A stretch of 64,000 bases of DNA from a virus. The notes beneath the pieces were generated by a model, which was given only the letters and a program-made list of their open reading frames with translations, searched no databases and was not told the origin of the DNA. Where the stretch lies: positions 36,946 through 100,945 of IMG/VR virus record IMGVR_UViG_3300035664_000005. One strand, given 5' to 3'. Numbering within the stretch: the first letter of the stretch is position 1; each line of letters begins with the position of its first letter. Made by a program: the position numbers and the translations under genes. Positions 37,839-47,104 of this stretch are shown one piece after another.

Positions 37839-40162
37839 GGCTTCAACTTTACTTCTATTGGATAGATACCTTGCTCTTTGATGTCATCCAACTTGGTTTG
37901 GATGTTTTTGACAAGATCTTTCATATGATCAGAAAACTCTTCGCGCGACATAGGCGATGCATCTCCCGGTTTATATGGGAATGGGTCTACGCCAACTGTT
38001 TTACCTTTAATACCCAAACTTTCTTGAAACACTTTCGCCATAGCGAGAGCCTCGGTGATCGTTCCTTGATACTCCACGACATTTAGCGTTAGTTGCTCGT
38101 CCGCTGGTAAATGGTCATTCGCTAATTGAATAGCAGCCCATCTGTGGTGACCATCAACTACATATCCATCACTTGAAGTCAAAATCGGGCTCTTCCACCA
38201 TGCGGCTTTGGATTCCTTCAACCATTTTTCCCGCGCGGCAGTCCACTCGGGTGTTCCCTTCTCTCCCCACTCTTTTCTGGCAGTCTCGTAAGCCGAAAGT
38301 ATTCCTTCTGACTGCCCATCAATTTGCGCGTTCTTCAATTGATTTTGCGATGCGAACAGAGTTTTTGGATCCTTTGCTTTGGTCTGTAAAGCATTCTCTG
38401 GATCGGGATGTGTATCTTCCAAGAATTGAAATAATTCTGGTTCTGTTTTAACTTCCGTGGAACTCCAATTAGTTCTTTCAAAAACCCATTGTTTATCTTC
38501 TTCGGAGACATCTCCAAATGTTTTAGGTTTGTTCAACTTGTTTGAAAGATCTTTATATTTGTCTATATCTTCTTGACTAGTGAGTTTCTTTGGTTTAAGT
38601 TCCCCTTCAATAAGACCCGACTGAAACGCACGCATAGCGGGAGTGTCCGCCCCTTTTGTCGCCCCACCGCTTTGAGGCATGTTTTGACGCTGAACACCAA
38701 TGTTTTCGTTGCAAAACAAATTCTTTGCAGAGTAAAGACGGCATAGGTCAATATCGTGTGTTTCTTCAAAGTTTTTGAGCCAAGCCGCTTTTTCTTCTGG
38801 TGTGATGCTTCCAAGTTTTTCCAACTCTTCGGCTCGTTGCGCTCCTATATCTTTTATTTCTTTTTCCATTTGCTTGGCACTGTTTTGCACCAATTTTTGT
38901 TGACCGTCATCAGGGATTTCAACTTCGTAACCTAAAGCCAACAAAGCAACAGCCTCTTCAACATCGTCTGTTTGATAGATCGGATTGTCGGAAAGTACAC
39001 TCTTTTTGCCTGACCGCGTAACTCCGTATTTATCCAACAATTCCGCATCGCTCAAATCGTGAAGTTTGCCAGAACCCATCCCGTCATCAAGCAAAGTTCG
39101 CAACTTTGATGCCGCCCCCTGAGCAACTAATTTTTGGGTATCTTCTCTGCCGAAACTTTCATTTGAATATTTAATAGTAAAAAGTTTGCCATTTTCCCTA
39201 TCCCTGAGACGACTTGTTCTTCCCTCATGAACAACTTCAAACCGACCAGTCTCAAGAACATTTCCGTCTTTATCTTTTTTGTCCATGTTGTCAAGAACTG
39301 CGTTCAAAATTAATTCGTCGGATATCTCGTTTAAAGGTTTACCGTTTTTAAGATGATCTGCCGCTTTTTCTGCGGTATCTATATCTTTGTTTACGGTTGG
39401 GAGATCGTGTGAAACATTTTTCCCATTTATATCCGCAGCGCCAACTGAAAATTCGTTGTCTTTTGATTTAGCGACTTTGCTTCTACCAAGATTGAACCCA
39501 CTCCTTGACTTGCGCTTGCCCATATTTTTTTCTTTATTCTTATTCATGGACGCAATAAAGGCTCTAGCGTCAACGGACGAGTTTGATTTAATTCTTTCCG
39601 CTATTGCTTCTAATTGTTCTTTTCTTTTATCCGAAATTTTTCCTCGCTTATGAAGCGAATCAACCGTAAAATCAAGCACATCAGCGCCACCAGAGTTAAA
39701 CAAAGAAACTGCCAACAAAACGCTATCTGTAATAGACCCCTGTCCGTCACCATACGAATAGTCAAACGCCTGCAAAGCAATTAATGATGCTGTTTTTGCG
39801 GATCCTTTAACATTTTTATCCGCCAAAATCCCTCTAGCACCATCCACTAATTTGTCCATCATTTTCGCTGCACCCCTAGCGACCTGAGATGCGTCAGGGA
39901 CAAGACAGTTAGACATTTGCATGTCGGTAAATTGGTTTGCGTTTGGAGTACCGGGTGGACACCTTAATTTTCCTGCTGCGTCAACAATGACACCAGCGGC
40001 ACGAGCGGCACGTGTACCAACAGAATTCAAAGAAGGATTATCTTTTATGGTCGGTCCGAGATAACCCTTAAATAGAAGAAGGTTGTCCTGAACGACGGAA
40101 ACAGATTTTCGGTATTCTGCGACTCTTTCGTTTGCGTCAAAAGCGCGAGACGATTTAATCAT
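37835..40162 (-). CDS. Large paralogue 4: divergent RCP module + shared helical module + C-terminal ParB-like domain
   Basis: KLRCPPGTPNANQFTD..SNC; PILTSSDGYVVDGHHRWAA. Confidence 0.7.
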   Translation of the reverse strand: MIKSSRAFDANERVAEYRKSVSVVQDNLLLFKGYLGPTIKDNPSLNSVGTRAARAAGVIVDAAGKLRCPPGTPNANQFTDMQMSNCLVPDASQVARGAAKMMDKLVDGARGILADKNVKGSAKTASLIALQAFDYSYGDGQGSITDSVLLAVSLFNSGGADVLDFTVDSLHKRGKISDKRKEQLEAIAERIKSNSSVDARAFIASMNKNKEKNMGKRKSRSGFNLGRSKVAKSKDNEFSVGAADINGKNVSHDLPTVNKDIDTAEKAADHLKNGKPLNEISDELILNAVLDNMDKKDKDGNVLETGRFEVVHEGRTSRLRDRENGKLFTIKYSNESFGREDTQKLVAQGAASKLRTLLDDGMGSGKLHDLSDAELLDKYGVTRSGKKSVLSDNPIYQTDDVEEAVALLALGYEVEIPDDGQQKLVQNSAKQMEKEIKDIGAQRAEELEKLGSITPEEKAAWLKNFEETHDIDLCRLYSAKNLFCNENIGVQRQNMPQSGGATKGADTPAMRAFQSGLIEGELKPKKLTSQEDIDKYKDLSNKLNKPKTFGDVSEEDKQWVFERTNWSSTEVKTEPELFQFLEDTHPDPENALQTKAKDPKTLFASQNQLKNAQIDGQSEGILSAYETARKEWGEKGTPEWTAAREKWLKESKAAWWKSPILTSSDGYVVDGHHRWAAIQLANDHLPADEQLTLNVVEYQGTITEALAMAKVFQESLGIKGKTVGVDPFPYKPGDASPMSREEFSDHMKDLVKNIQTKLDDIKEQGIYPIEVKLKP

Positions 40163-40171
40163 CGCCTCCCC

Positions 40172-40594
40172 TTACTCGTCAATATCCCAAAATACGCCAC
40201 ATGCCGAACGATTCCCTGACCGTATTTCTTTGACTTCATGTCTGATGTTGGAATCATAAAACAATAATGCGCCTTTTGATGGTTTAATTGCTAAATCTTG
40301 GTCTGGAAAATATATTTCTCCGCCTTCAAACTCACTACTCAAATATACAACAACCGAAATGTGTGGTGGTGTGGTGTAACTAAAGTCGTAGTGAACACCC
40401 ATGGATTCGGTGGGTTTCATGTCGTAAACAACAAACTCCATTTGAAATGGATATTTTTTTAACTGTTTGTTGACTGTTGAGGAAATTTCGTGGCTTATCT
40501 TCTCCTCTAAATGTTTTGCGTTAGGTAAAACCTGTAGAGCGACTACATCAAAAATTTCTTCTTCGGTGAAAAAGTTTGAATAATATTTAATCAA
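40172..40594 (-). CDS. 2OG-Fe(II) oxygenase (prolyl-4-hydroxylase-like) inside the head operon
   Basis: HYD...YLSSEFEGGE..F...HEV..I.SG.R. Confidence 0.85.
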   Translation of the reverse strand: MIKYYSNFFTEEEIFDVVALQVLPNAKHLEEKISHEISSTVNKQLKKYPFQMEFVVYDMKPTESMGVHYDFSYTTPPHISVVVYLSSEFEGGEIYFPDQDLAIKPSKGALLFYDSNIRHEVKEIRSGNRSACGVFWDIDE

Positions 40595-40617
40595 CTCCTT
40601 CTCCCTTCAGGGGGATT

Positions 40618-40884
40618 TTAACTTTCGCTTGAGTCAGATTCCTTATTGATCGTTGACATTGGAACCACATCATCGTCCTCTACTTCTTTTTTCTTAGAAG
40701 CCTTTTTAGGTTCCACTTTTTCTTCTACTACTTGTTCAACGACTATTGGTTCTTCCTTAACTTCAACCTCAACAACAGCAACCTCTACTTCAGGCGTCAC
40801 TACCGCAGGGACTTGTTCTTGTTTTGTTTCAAAAAGAAGACCTGAAGTGTTGACCGAGTCATTCAGTTGGTTTTTCTTCTTCAC
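40618..40884 (-). CDS. Small acidic Glu/Val-rich protein
   Basis: 88 aa low-complexity ORF coupled to the upstream gene. Confidence 0.55.
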   Translation of the reverse strand: MKKKNQLNDSVNTSGLLFETKQEQVPAVVTPEVEVAVVEVEVKEEPIVVEQVVEEKVEPKKASKKKEVEDDDVVPMSTINKESDSSES

Positions 40885-42359
40885 TTGTCAAAACCTGTCT
40901 CAATTTCAAGCATTTCAAGTTCCATCAAACTGCTCAAGAACTCTTTGGCTTCATCATCAAGAAGTGTCTTCTCTTCTGACCACTCAGCAGGAATCATGTC
41001 CTCTTTGCCAAGTTCCATTGCACGTTTCTTGATATGTGCCATTGCCTTGGTCTTGTCTTTTGCGCGACCATACGCCATGATTGCGTTCTTCAAGTCTTCT
41101 TCGTCCTTGATTGGATAAGAGCCGTCAGCCATAGCCATTCCGCCCTTAGCCATTTCCATGCGCTCATCTTCGTCGTACATTGCTTTCAAAGCAATGTCGG
41201 CTACTTCTTCGTCAATGTCAGCGGCTTCTTCGGGATCGTATTCGTCAAATCCAAGAATTTCACCGTCAACACCAACATAGACATCGTAAGACTTTCCATC
41301 AAGTCCTTCAATCTCTACGGCGTATGCGTCATATCCGTCAAACATATCTGCATCAACAGAAACGACTTCACCATCAATTGACTTTGTCGCAATAGCAGAA
41401 GCCTCACTGAATGAAATAACTTTCTGACCCGGAACTGTTGCTACTTCGCCGATTAAGTCTTCATTGAGGAGATGCCAACCCATGCATTCTCCGCTTGTTC
41501 CGTCAAAGTAAGCCTCAACAGGTTTTCCATCTTTGCGTTGAACATCAACAACAAAAATATCAACTTCATCTGCGTAGCCTGAGTCAAGAACTTTTCCTGC
41601 AAACATGCTCTCAGCCATACCCTCAACTTCTAGAAGACTTGGCATTGTGTCTTGCTGTTCACATCCACCCGGGCATGATGCACAAATTTCTGAACCACCC
41701 GCATAAACCTGACGCTCAATTGCGCAAACAAAAGCAAGATCGTCATAGTCTGCCGACTTGACACCCATTGTTTCCATGCGCTTGGCGCGAGCCTTCTTGC
41801 GTTGCTCCATCATCTTTTCAATTTCGCCGTACATTTTTTCTTCTTCTTCATCAAGATCTTCTGGCATGTCTTCGTCTTCTTCATCTTCTTCTGTGACGAC
41901 AGGCATTACTGGCTTCTTCTTTTTCTTAGGAGCAGGCAGATCCATTTCTTCGTCCAGCATTTCCATTTCCTCGTCAGCCATTTTTGCCACCTTCTCATCC
42001 GATGCGCTAACCCATTCTGATTTTTCTTCTGCTACTTCTGGCGCAGCGTCAGCGGGTACGGCTTCTTCTGTTTGGGTGACAGCCTTTGCTCCGCACTTGC
42101 CGCAAACTTTTGAGCCGGGCTTGTAGCCACATTCTGCTAACTCCAAACCTTTAGCGCATTCAATTCCGCCGTCAGCCAAAAGTTTTACTATGGGTGTTTC
42201 GCTAGCCATGTTCGTGGACTCCTTATAGTGCATTGTTTTAGCAACACACCGTGATGGATTAGAGCAAACAGAGCATGGCGTCAAGCGTTTTTCGCCTGAC
42301 ATCAAACACTGATACTTTGCTGTTTTTTGTGGTAAACCTGTTATTGAAGTATAACTCAT
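40881..42359 (-). CDS. Acidic scaffold-like protein with Cys clusters, PepSY-like domains and a C-terminal DGSYPI module
   Basis: ISFSEASAIA...GEVVSVD....YAVEI...DG....V.V..DGEIL is PepSY-like; second AAGGAG-preceded start at 42209. Confidence 0.65.
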   Translation of the reverse strand: MSYTSITGLPQKTAKYQCLMSGEKRLTPCSVCSNPSRCVAKTMHYKESTNMASETPIVKLLADGGIECAKGLELAECGYKPGSKVCGKCGAKAVTQTEEAVPADAAPEVAEEKSEWVSASDEKVAKMADEEMEMLDEEMDLPAPKKKKKPVMPVVTEEDEEDEDMPEDLDEEEEKMYGEIEKMMEQRKKARAKRMETMGVKSADYDDLAFVCAIERQVYAGGSEICASCPGGCEQQDTMPSLLEVEGMAESMFAGKVLDSGYADEVDIFVVDVQRKDGKPVEAYFDGTSGECMGWHLLNEDLIGEVATVPGQKVISFSEASAIATKSIDGEVVSVDADMFDGYDAYAVEIEGLDGKSYDVYVGVDGEILGFDEYDPEEAADIDEEVADIALKAMYDEDERMEMAKGGMAMADGSYPIKDEEDLKNAIMAYGRAKDKTKAMAHIKKRAMELGKEDMIPAEWSEEKTLLDDEAKEFLSSLMELEMLEIETGFDK

Positions 42360-42413
42360 AATAGTGTTTTGTTTTTGCTACAAATGGAACCAACGTAAAA
42401 AGGTTTTAATTAT

Positions 42414-44552
42414 TTACATTGTGTCCATAATGTTTAGCAACGCTTCAAACGCATCGTCTGTCACGCCACCAATTTCAACCTGTACACCCTCTTCTGTAAC
42501 CTCTGATTTGATTTGGTAATAATCCAAAATTGGATCCAAAAGTTCTTTGACTTCATACAAACTGTGTTCTGTTGAAGAGATAAACAGCATTTCTTTTTCA
42601 TCAACCGACAGGGATTTGGCTTCAATATCAGAAATGGCGCCCCCTGCACTCAATACTTCTTTAAGAAGGTTGAAGGCATTTTGTAGTTTTGTCATGTTGC
42701 GTGAGTTGATCACTCTGCCTGCTTTGACTTCAATGTCTTCCTCGGCGTCCTTGCCCATGAGTTCAGAAATAGCCGCCATCAACATCGGAATCATGCTTTG
42801 AGGAGTCATGCTCTCCCCGCCACCACAACCACAGTCATTTTCTTTTTCTGAGTCGTAGTAAGGCATTTCCATGATGCCACCCTTATCGTCGTCGCCTTCC
42901 ATGATCCAGTTATCTTTGTCTGCCATGTAGTTGATGAAATCAGGTTCTTCATTCATGAATTCCTTGAGAGCCTCGTAAGCCTTTTCGTTGCCCTCGTCTT
43001 CGTTTTCAAACTCAACATCTTCAAGTTGCATTTCTTCTTCGCCCTTTGGCTTATCTTCTTCGGCAAGACGGGTGGCAAGTTGTTCCATCATTTCGTATCC
43101 TTTTTCCTCGCTATCAAGGAAATCAAAGATTGATTTGAGTTCTTGTTCGTTGAGTGAATCCAAAGATTTCCCCGGCTTGAGAATGTCACCCAATCGGTTG
43201 TTGAACTCTGAATCGCTCCAATTGTTCTTCTTCAATTTGCCACGACAGTTCTTCATGCCGGGATGATGGCATCCTTCGTTCGGCCAGAGACCAGTTGTTT
43301 CGTGGTGAAGCCAAGCACAGATGTTGCTCAATGGGTACAACTCGGGGTGGTTCGCGAGAATAACTCTGCATCGTCGGAAACCGCCCGGCTTTTTCATGAT
43401 TGGGCGCCAATAACGGAGCAGTTTCTCAAGGTTCCCACGACGCGGACCGTATCCACGGGTGCGGGCAGTAACGATTTCTTGTGGAATGATGCCACCAAGA
43501 GGGTCAGCCTTTTCAGGGGACTTGGGTTTTACCCCTGCTGGGACTTGTGGGTCTTGTTCCATTCGGTATCGGTCTTCAAAACGACGTTCACCGTCAGAGC
43601 CACTTGGCTTATCGCCATCAATATTCACATATACGGTTTGTGGCTTAACTCTTGTTGGTTCCCCAATCATGAACTGATCGTTTTCGTAATGATAGGAAAC
43701 ACGCATCGTGACTATTTCGCCTGTTTCTCCTCTGTGATCAAAAATGACGCTGTTTGGGTCAGATTCGCGAATTCTTACTGAGCCACCAAACTTTTTTGCT
43801 AAGGCGTATGGAAGGTTTTCTTTTCGTCCTTTTTCGGGCATTTGGGCATTGACAGCGTCATCGTTGCCGTCTTCTTCTGACTCTTTGCGAGGCTTCTCTT
43901 CTTCTTCGGGCTTTTGCCTTGCCATACTCCCCGCCAAAATACGCATCAACAAAGAACGACCCTGTTCTGTGAGTTTGCCATTCTCGTCACGCATCTGTCC
44001 CTTGATGCCCTCGTTTGCGTTTTGTCCCTCAACGGATTTGATTGAGATAGTTCCAGTCAATTGGTTTGCGCCGTGAAGAACAGGGCTTGCCTCGTAGAGT
44101 TCAACTTTTTTAAGGACATTCGCTTGGCGCTTTGGGTCAAAGTCAGCGTCAAGTGTTTTGTAGCCGATAGACCATTCTTGTTCTTCGCCGAAGAAAGCGA
44201 CATCAGCAAAAGCCTGTTTGCCTCGTTCTGACTTTAGGTTGAATTGAACCTTGGCGTAAAGACCGCCGATTCCCGCGGCGCGCATTTTCATTGGAAGACG
44301 GGGATCCGAGGCTGGTACTTCGTACATTTCAAGAACTTTGCCAATGGGTTCATTCCAGTTGTGACCCCATACAACTCGCGGTTTACGCCTCTTCAGGCTT
44401 TCGTTGAATGCGCCCGGCACGATAATGTCGCCAACGGAGTCTTTGTTTCCGATACCAGCAACGAAACATTCAACGACACCAAGTGCTTCGTCAATGTTGA
44501 ATTGACCTTGTAGCGCTTTATATTGCTGTGACTCAGATATTGCTGTTGGCAT
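42414..44552 (-). CDS. HK97-type prohead protease with a long C-terminal extension
   Basis: DSVGDII.PGAF..S, WGHNW..PIG, WSIGY, LYEASPV..GAN; KAGRVIN..N motif. Confidence 0.9.
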   Translation of the reverse strand: MPTAISESQQYKALQGQFNIDEALGVVECFVAGIGNKDSVGDIIVPGAFNESLKRRKPRVVWGHNWNEPIGKVLEMYEVPASDPRLPMKMRAAGIGGLYAKVQFNLKSERGKQAFADVAFFGEEQEWSIGYKTLDADFDPKRQANVLKKVELYEASPVLHGANQLTGTISIKSVEGQNANEGIKGQMRDENGKLTEQGRSLLMRILAGSMARQKPEEEEKPRKESEEDGNDDAVNAQMPEKGRKENLPYALAKKFGGSVRIRESDPNSVIFDHRGETGEIVTMRVSYHYENDQFMIGEPTRVKPQTVYVNIDGDKPSGSDGERRFEDRYRMEQDPQVPAGVKPKSPEKADPLGGIIPQEIVTARTRGYGPRRGNLEKLLRYWRPIMKKPGGFRRCRVILANHPELYPLSNICAWLHHETTGLWPNEGCHHPGMKNCRGKLKKNNWSDSEFNNRLGDILKPGKSLDSLNEQELKSIFDFLDSEEKGYEMMEQLATRLAEEDKPKGEEEMQLEDVEFENEDEGNEKAYEALKEFMNEEPDFINYMADKDNWIMEGDDDKGGIMEMPYYDSEKENDCGCGGGESMTPQSMIPMLMAAISELMGKDAEEDIEVKAGRVINSRNMTKLQNAFNLLKEVLSAGGAISDIEAKSLSVDEKEMLFISSTEHSLYEVKELLDPILDYYQIKSEVTEEGVQVEIGGVTDDAFEALLNIMDTM

Positions 44553-44643
44553 GATGCTCCAAAAATGTTTGTTTATTAACAATAAACTATTTAGGGCACC
44601 AAAAAAGGAACACTTTCAGTATATAGGGGGTATTTTACTGAAA

Positions 44644-46854
44644 CTACTCTCCGTTGAATCCAAAACGAAGACGGCAACGACAGTTAAAAGTTAAAGCAGG
44701 AGGAGCGATTGGGTCGCCGGGGAAACGCAACATCATCCCGTCAACAACAAATCCATCACCAAAATTCACTGTTTTGCCTTCAAGAAACTTATGGGCAGTA
44801 CGAACACGGGAATCTTTTCGGGTTAACCAAGTCTTTGTAAAACCGCCAGTACTGTCTTTGCCTGCCAAGTACACACCTCCGTTGTAGGAAGATTGTGCTT
44901 CATGTTCAGCGATGTCTCGTTTACGCTTGGAAATAAGTTTTAGAAATATTGCGATCAAAGCCAATCTTAAAAGCGTAGATTTATCCTCTTCGTTTTCTTC
45001 CATCAATGCAACAGCAATAGCGGCGGCGATTTCCTCGGCTGTGCTTGTGTTCGCTTGTTGCATTCTTTCTATCTGCTGTTGAGCAAGTTTTTCAACTTCC
45101 TGAGGTTCAAGCGCTACTTCTTCGCTAGTTCGCGAAGCAACATACTCTTTGGCGTCTTGGTAGATGGCGATAATGATTGGTTCCAGATCGTCTGCAAGTT
45201 GCTTGTTCCATACCTCAGGATCAAACACCATGTCCACCGTTAGAGCGCCACTTGCTAATGCTTTTATTCCTCGTTTGCCGAATGCTTTTTCCATAACAAC
45301 TCTTTGTTGTCTTTCAAAAAGCCTTTCCAAGGCACGATCAATAATTTCCGTCCATCTGTCAGTGTCGGTATCTGCCTTTGTTTCAAGTTCGTTGAGAAAC
45401 TTAAGTTGCATCTCTTCTTGAATTTTTTCAAATTCCGAAAGTTGTTGATCAGGGGTTAGAGCCGCTGTTTCCGTAGGTGCTCCTGCTGGTAAGTCTGGCG
45501 CGGGGATGGGCGCTGGTGGTGCAGGCTGAGGCATTTCCATAGCGCCTTCTTGCGGTGGGAGACCACCCGGCACAGCGTTTGGATCAACACCAGCCATATC
45601 AACTGGTTGTTGCTCTTCAGGTTTAAATGGTTTCTCCGTATTGGCAATCGGCGTAAGGTTCGGGTTGGAGAGAAGACTGTCAGCAAGTTCTGACTCAACT
45701 TTCTTACGACCCGTTGCGCTTCGGTATTCATTAAGACTAATTAAGCCTTGCTGAAATTCGTCCATCACATAGCGTTCACGTTCTTGTTTGGCGAGAATAA
45801 GAATTGGAATATCGTCAGTGTCAAAGTCAACATAATATTTATCGTCAAGTTCATCAAGTGCGCGAGCAAGGGTGTGAAGATGGGGCGCCATTGTTTCCAT
45901 CCAAAACACTCTTAGTTCTTCAGAAGCGTTCGCAAAAGTTCTGCCAGCAGCGTTACCTATAACCGATTCTGGAACACCGAACGCGGCAAAGATTTCGTTC
46001 TTTTGTATTTCGCGCATTTGCGTGTAGGCGGCATCTCGTGGTGATGCAGAAGTGTCCACATAGTCCACGCCTGCTTCCGATGCAATAACAGTCGTGGAAC
46101 CTGTCTTTGAAAGGTTGCCTCGGAAACGGTTTTTTAGTTCCTGCTTGTCGTCGTCTTCCATGTCGCCACGAACAACCAACAGTCCGCCGGGTCGCCCATC
46201 GTTAAGAAGATAATTGCGATTATAAAGTTTTGACAAAGTCTCTAATTCAATCGCTATGCCAGCAGATTCCATTGGAGTCATTGAAAGATATGGGTCTAGG
46301 GGATGTGGTCTACGAATCCAACAAACATCTTCTGGTTTTAGTGTGAACTTTGTTCCGTTGCGCATGTCCACTTCAAAACCCGATACAAACTTTTTGGGGT
46401 CAGGGACTGGTGCTGTGTGTTGTGGAGGGAGGAGTTGAAGAGCAATAATTTTCCCGTCACGAGAACGAACTTTCTCAATGAAAACACCTCTTGTGCTCAT
46501 CAAAAGTTGTGCAGAAATTCTGTATCTAAAAGCAAAAGAGTTTTCGCCTTCGTTGGATTTTGAGTTAAAAATCTCCAACAAGGATTCGTTGCCTTTTGTT
46601 TTTTCTCCGCGCTGATCGTTACCTTTTCTCAGGATGACTGGTAGCCGCGCTTGGTTTCCCGCGATTGCATCAATGCATCGGAAAACCCATGTAACTTTTT
46701 GCATACCGTCTCGGTACGCACGCTCAATATCCCAACCGTCTTTATACGGTTTGCCTGCTCGTTGTGTATCAAACGCGATAGGCGCGCCGGGATTGGACAT
46801 CGCTTTTTCACTGACGTTCCTGAGATCTTTATTGTTATTGCTGTTCCAAGCCAT
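44644..46854 (-). CDS. HK97-type portal protein fused to a C-terminal MuF (SPP1 gp7-like) domain
   Basis: VFRCI..IA...A.LP, NDGRPGG, AAFGVP..IG, ISLNEYR; then KTW...D.RVR.AH...FPGDP...NCRC. Confidence 0.9.
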   Translation of the reverse strand: MAWNSNNNKDLRNVSEKAMSNPGAPIAFDTQRAGKPYKDGWDIERAYRDGMQKVTWVFRCIDAIAGNQARLPVILRKGNDQRGEKTKGNESLLEIFNSKSNEGENSFAFRYRISAQLLMSTRGVFIEKVRSRDGKIIALQLLPPQHTAPVPDPKKFVSGFEVDMRNGTKFTLKPEDVCWIRRPHPLDPYLSMTPMESAGIAIELETLSKLYNRNYLLNDGRPGGLLVVRGDMEDDDKQELKNRFRGNLSKTGSTTVIASEAGVDYVDTSASPRDAAYTQMREIQKNEIFAAFGVPESVIGNAAGRTFANASEELRVFWMETMAPHLHTLARALDELDDKYYVDFDTDDIPILILAKQERERYVMDEFQQGLISLNEYRSATGRKKVESELADSLLSNPNLTPIANTEKPFKPEEQQPVDMAGVDPNAVPGGLPPQEGAMEMPQPAPPAPIPAPDLPAGAPTETAALTPDQQLSEFEKIQEEMQLKFLNELETKADTDTDRWTEIIDRALERLFERQQRVVMEKAFGKRGIKALASGALTVDMVFDPEVWNKQLADDLEPIIIAIYQDAKEYVASRTSEEVALEPQEVEKLAQQQIERMQQANTSTAEEIAAAIAVALMEENEEDKSTLLRLALIAIFLKLISKRKRDIAEHEAQSSYNGGVYLAGKDSTGGFTKTWLTRKDSRVRTAHKFLEGKTVNFGDGFVVDGMMLRFPGDPIAPPALTFNCRCRLRFGFNGE

Positions 46855-47042
46855 TATTCAGATCCCAACAGATACCCATAGATTCCGCAAGCAATACCAC
46901 CAGTAATAAATCCCGCAGGCGGAAATATAAGACCAGTACCTAACGCAACGCCTACGACGAATAGAAACATCAAACAGTTTGCAAGGTTGCGGCGTGTGGC
47001 GAATAACTTGAGTTTACGATAAATATCCATTGAGACCGTCAC
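46854..47042 (-). CDS. Small membrane protein upstream of the portal gene
   Basis: Two hydrophobic segments; position typical of the small pre-portal gene. Confidence 0.6.
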   Translation of the reverse strand: MTVSMDIYRKLKLFATRRNLANCLMFLFVVGVALGTGLIFPPAGFITGGIACGIYGYLLGSE

Positions 47043-47104
47043 CTTAGCAAATGAAAGACCTATTTAATACTACATTATGTATCTACCTATTTTTACGAGG
47101 GCTA

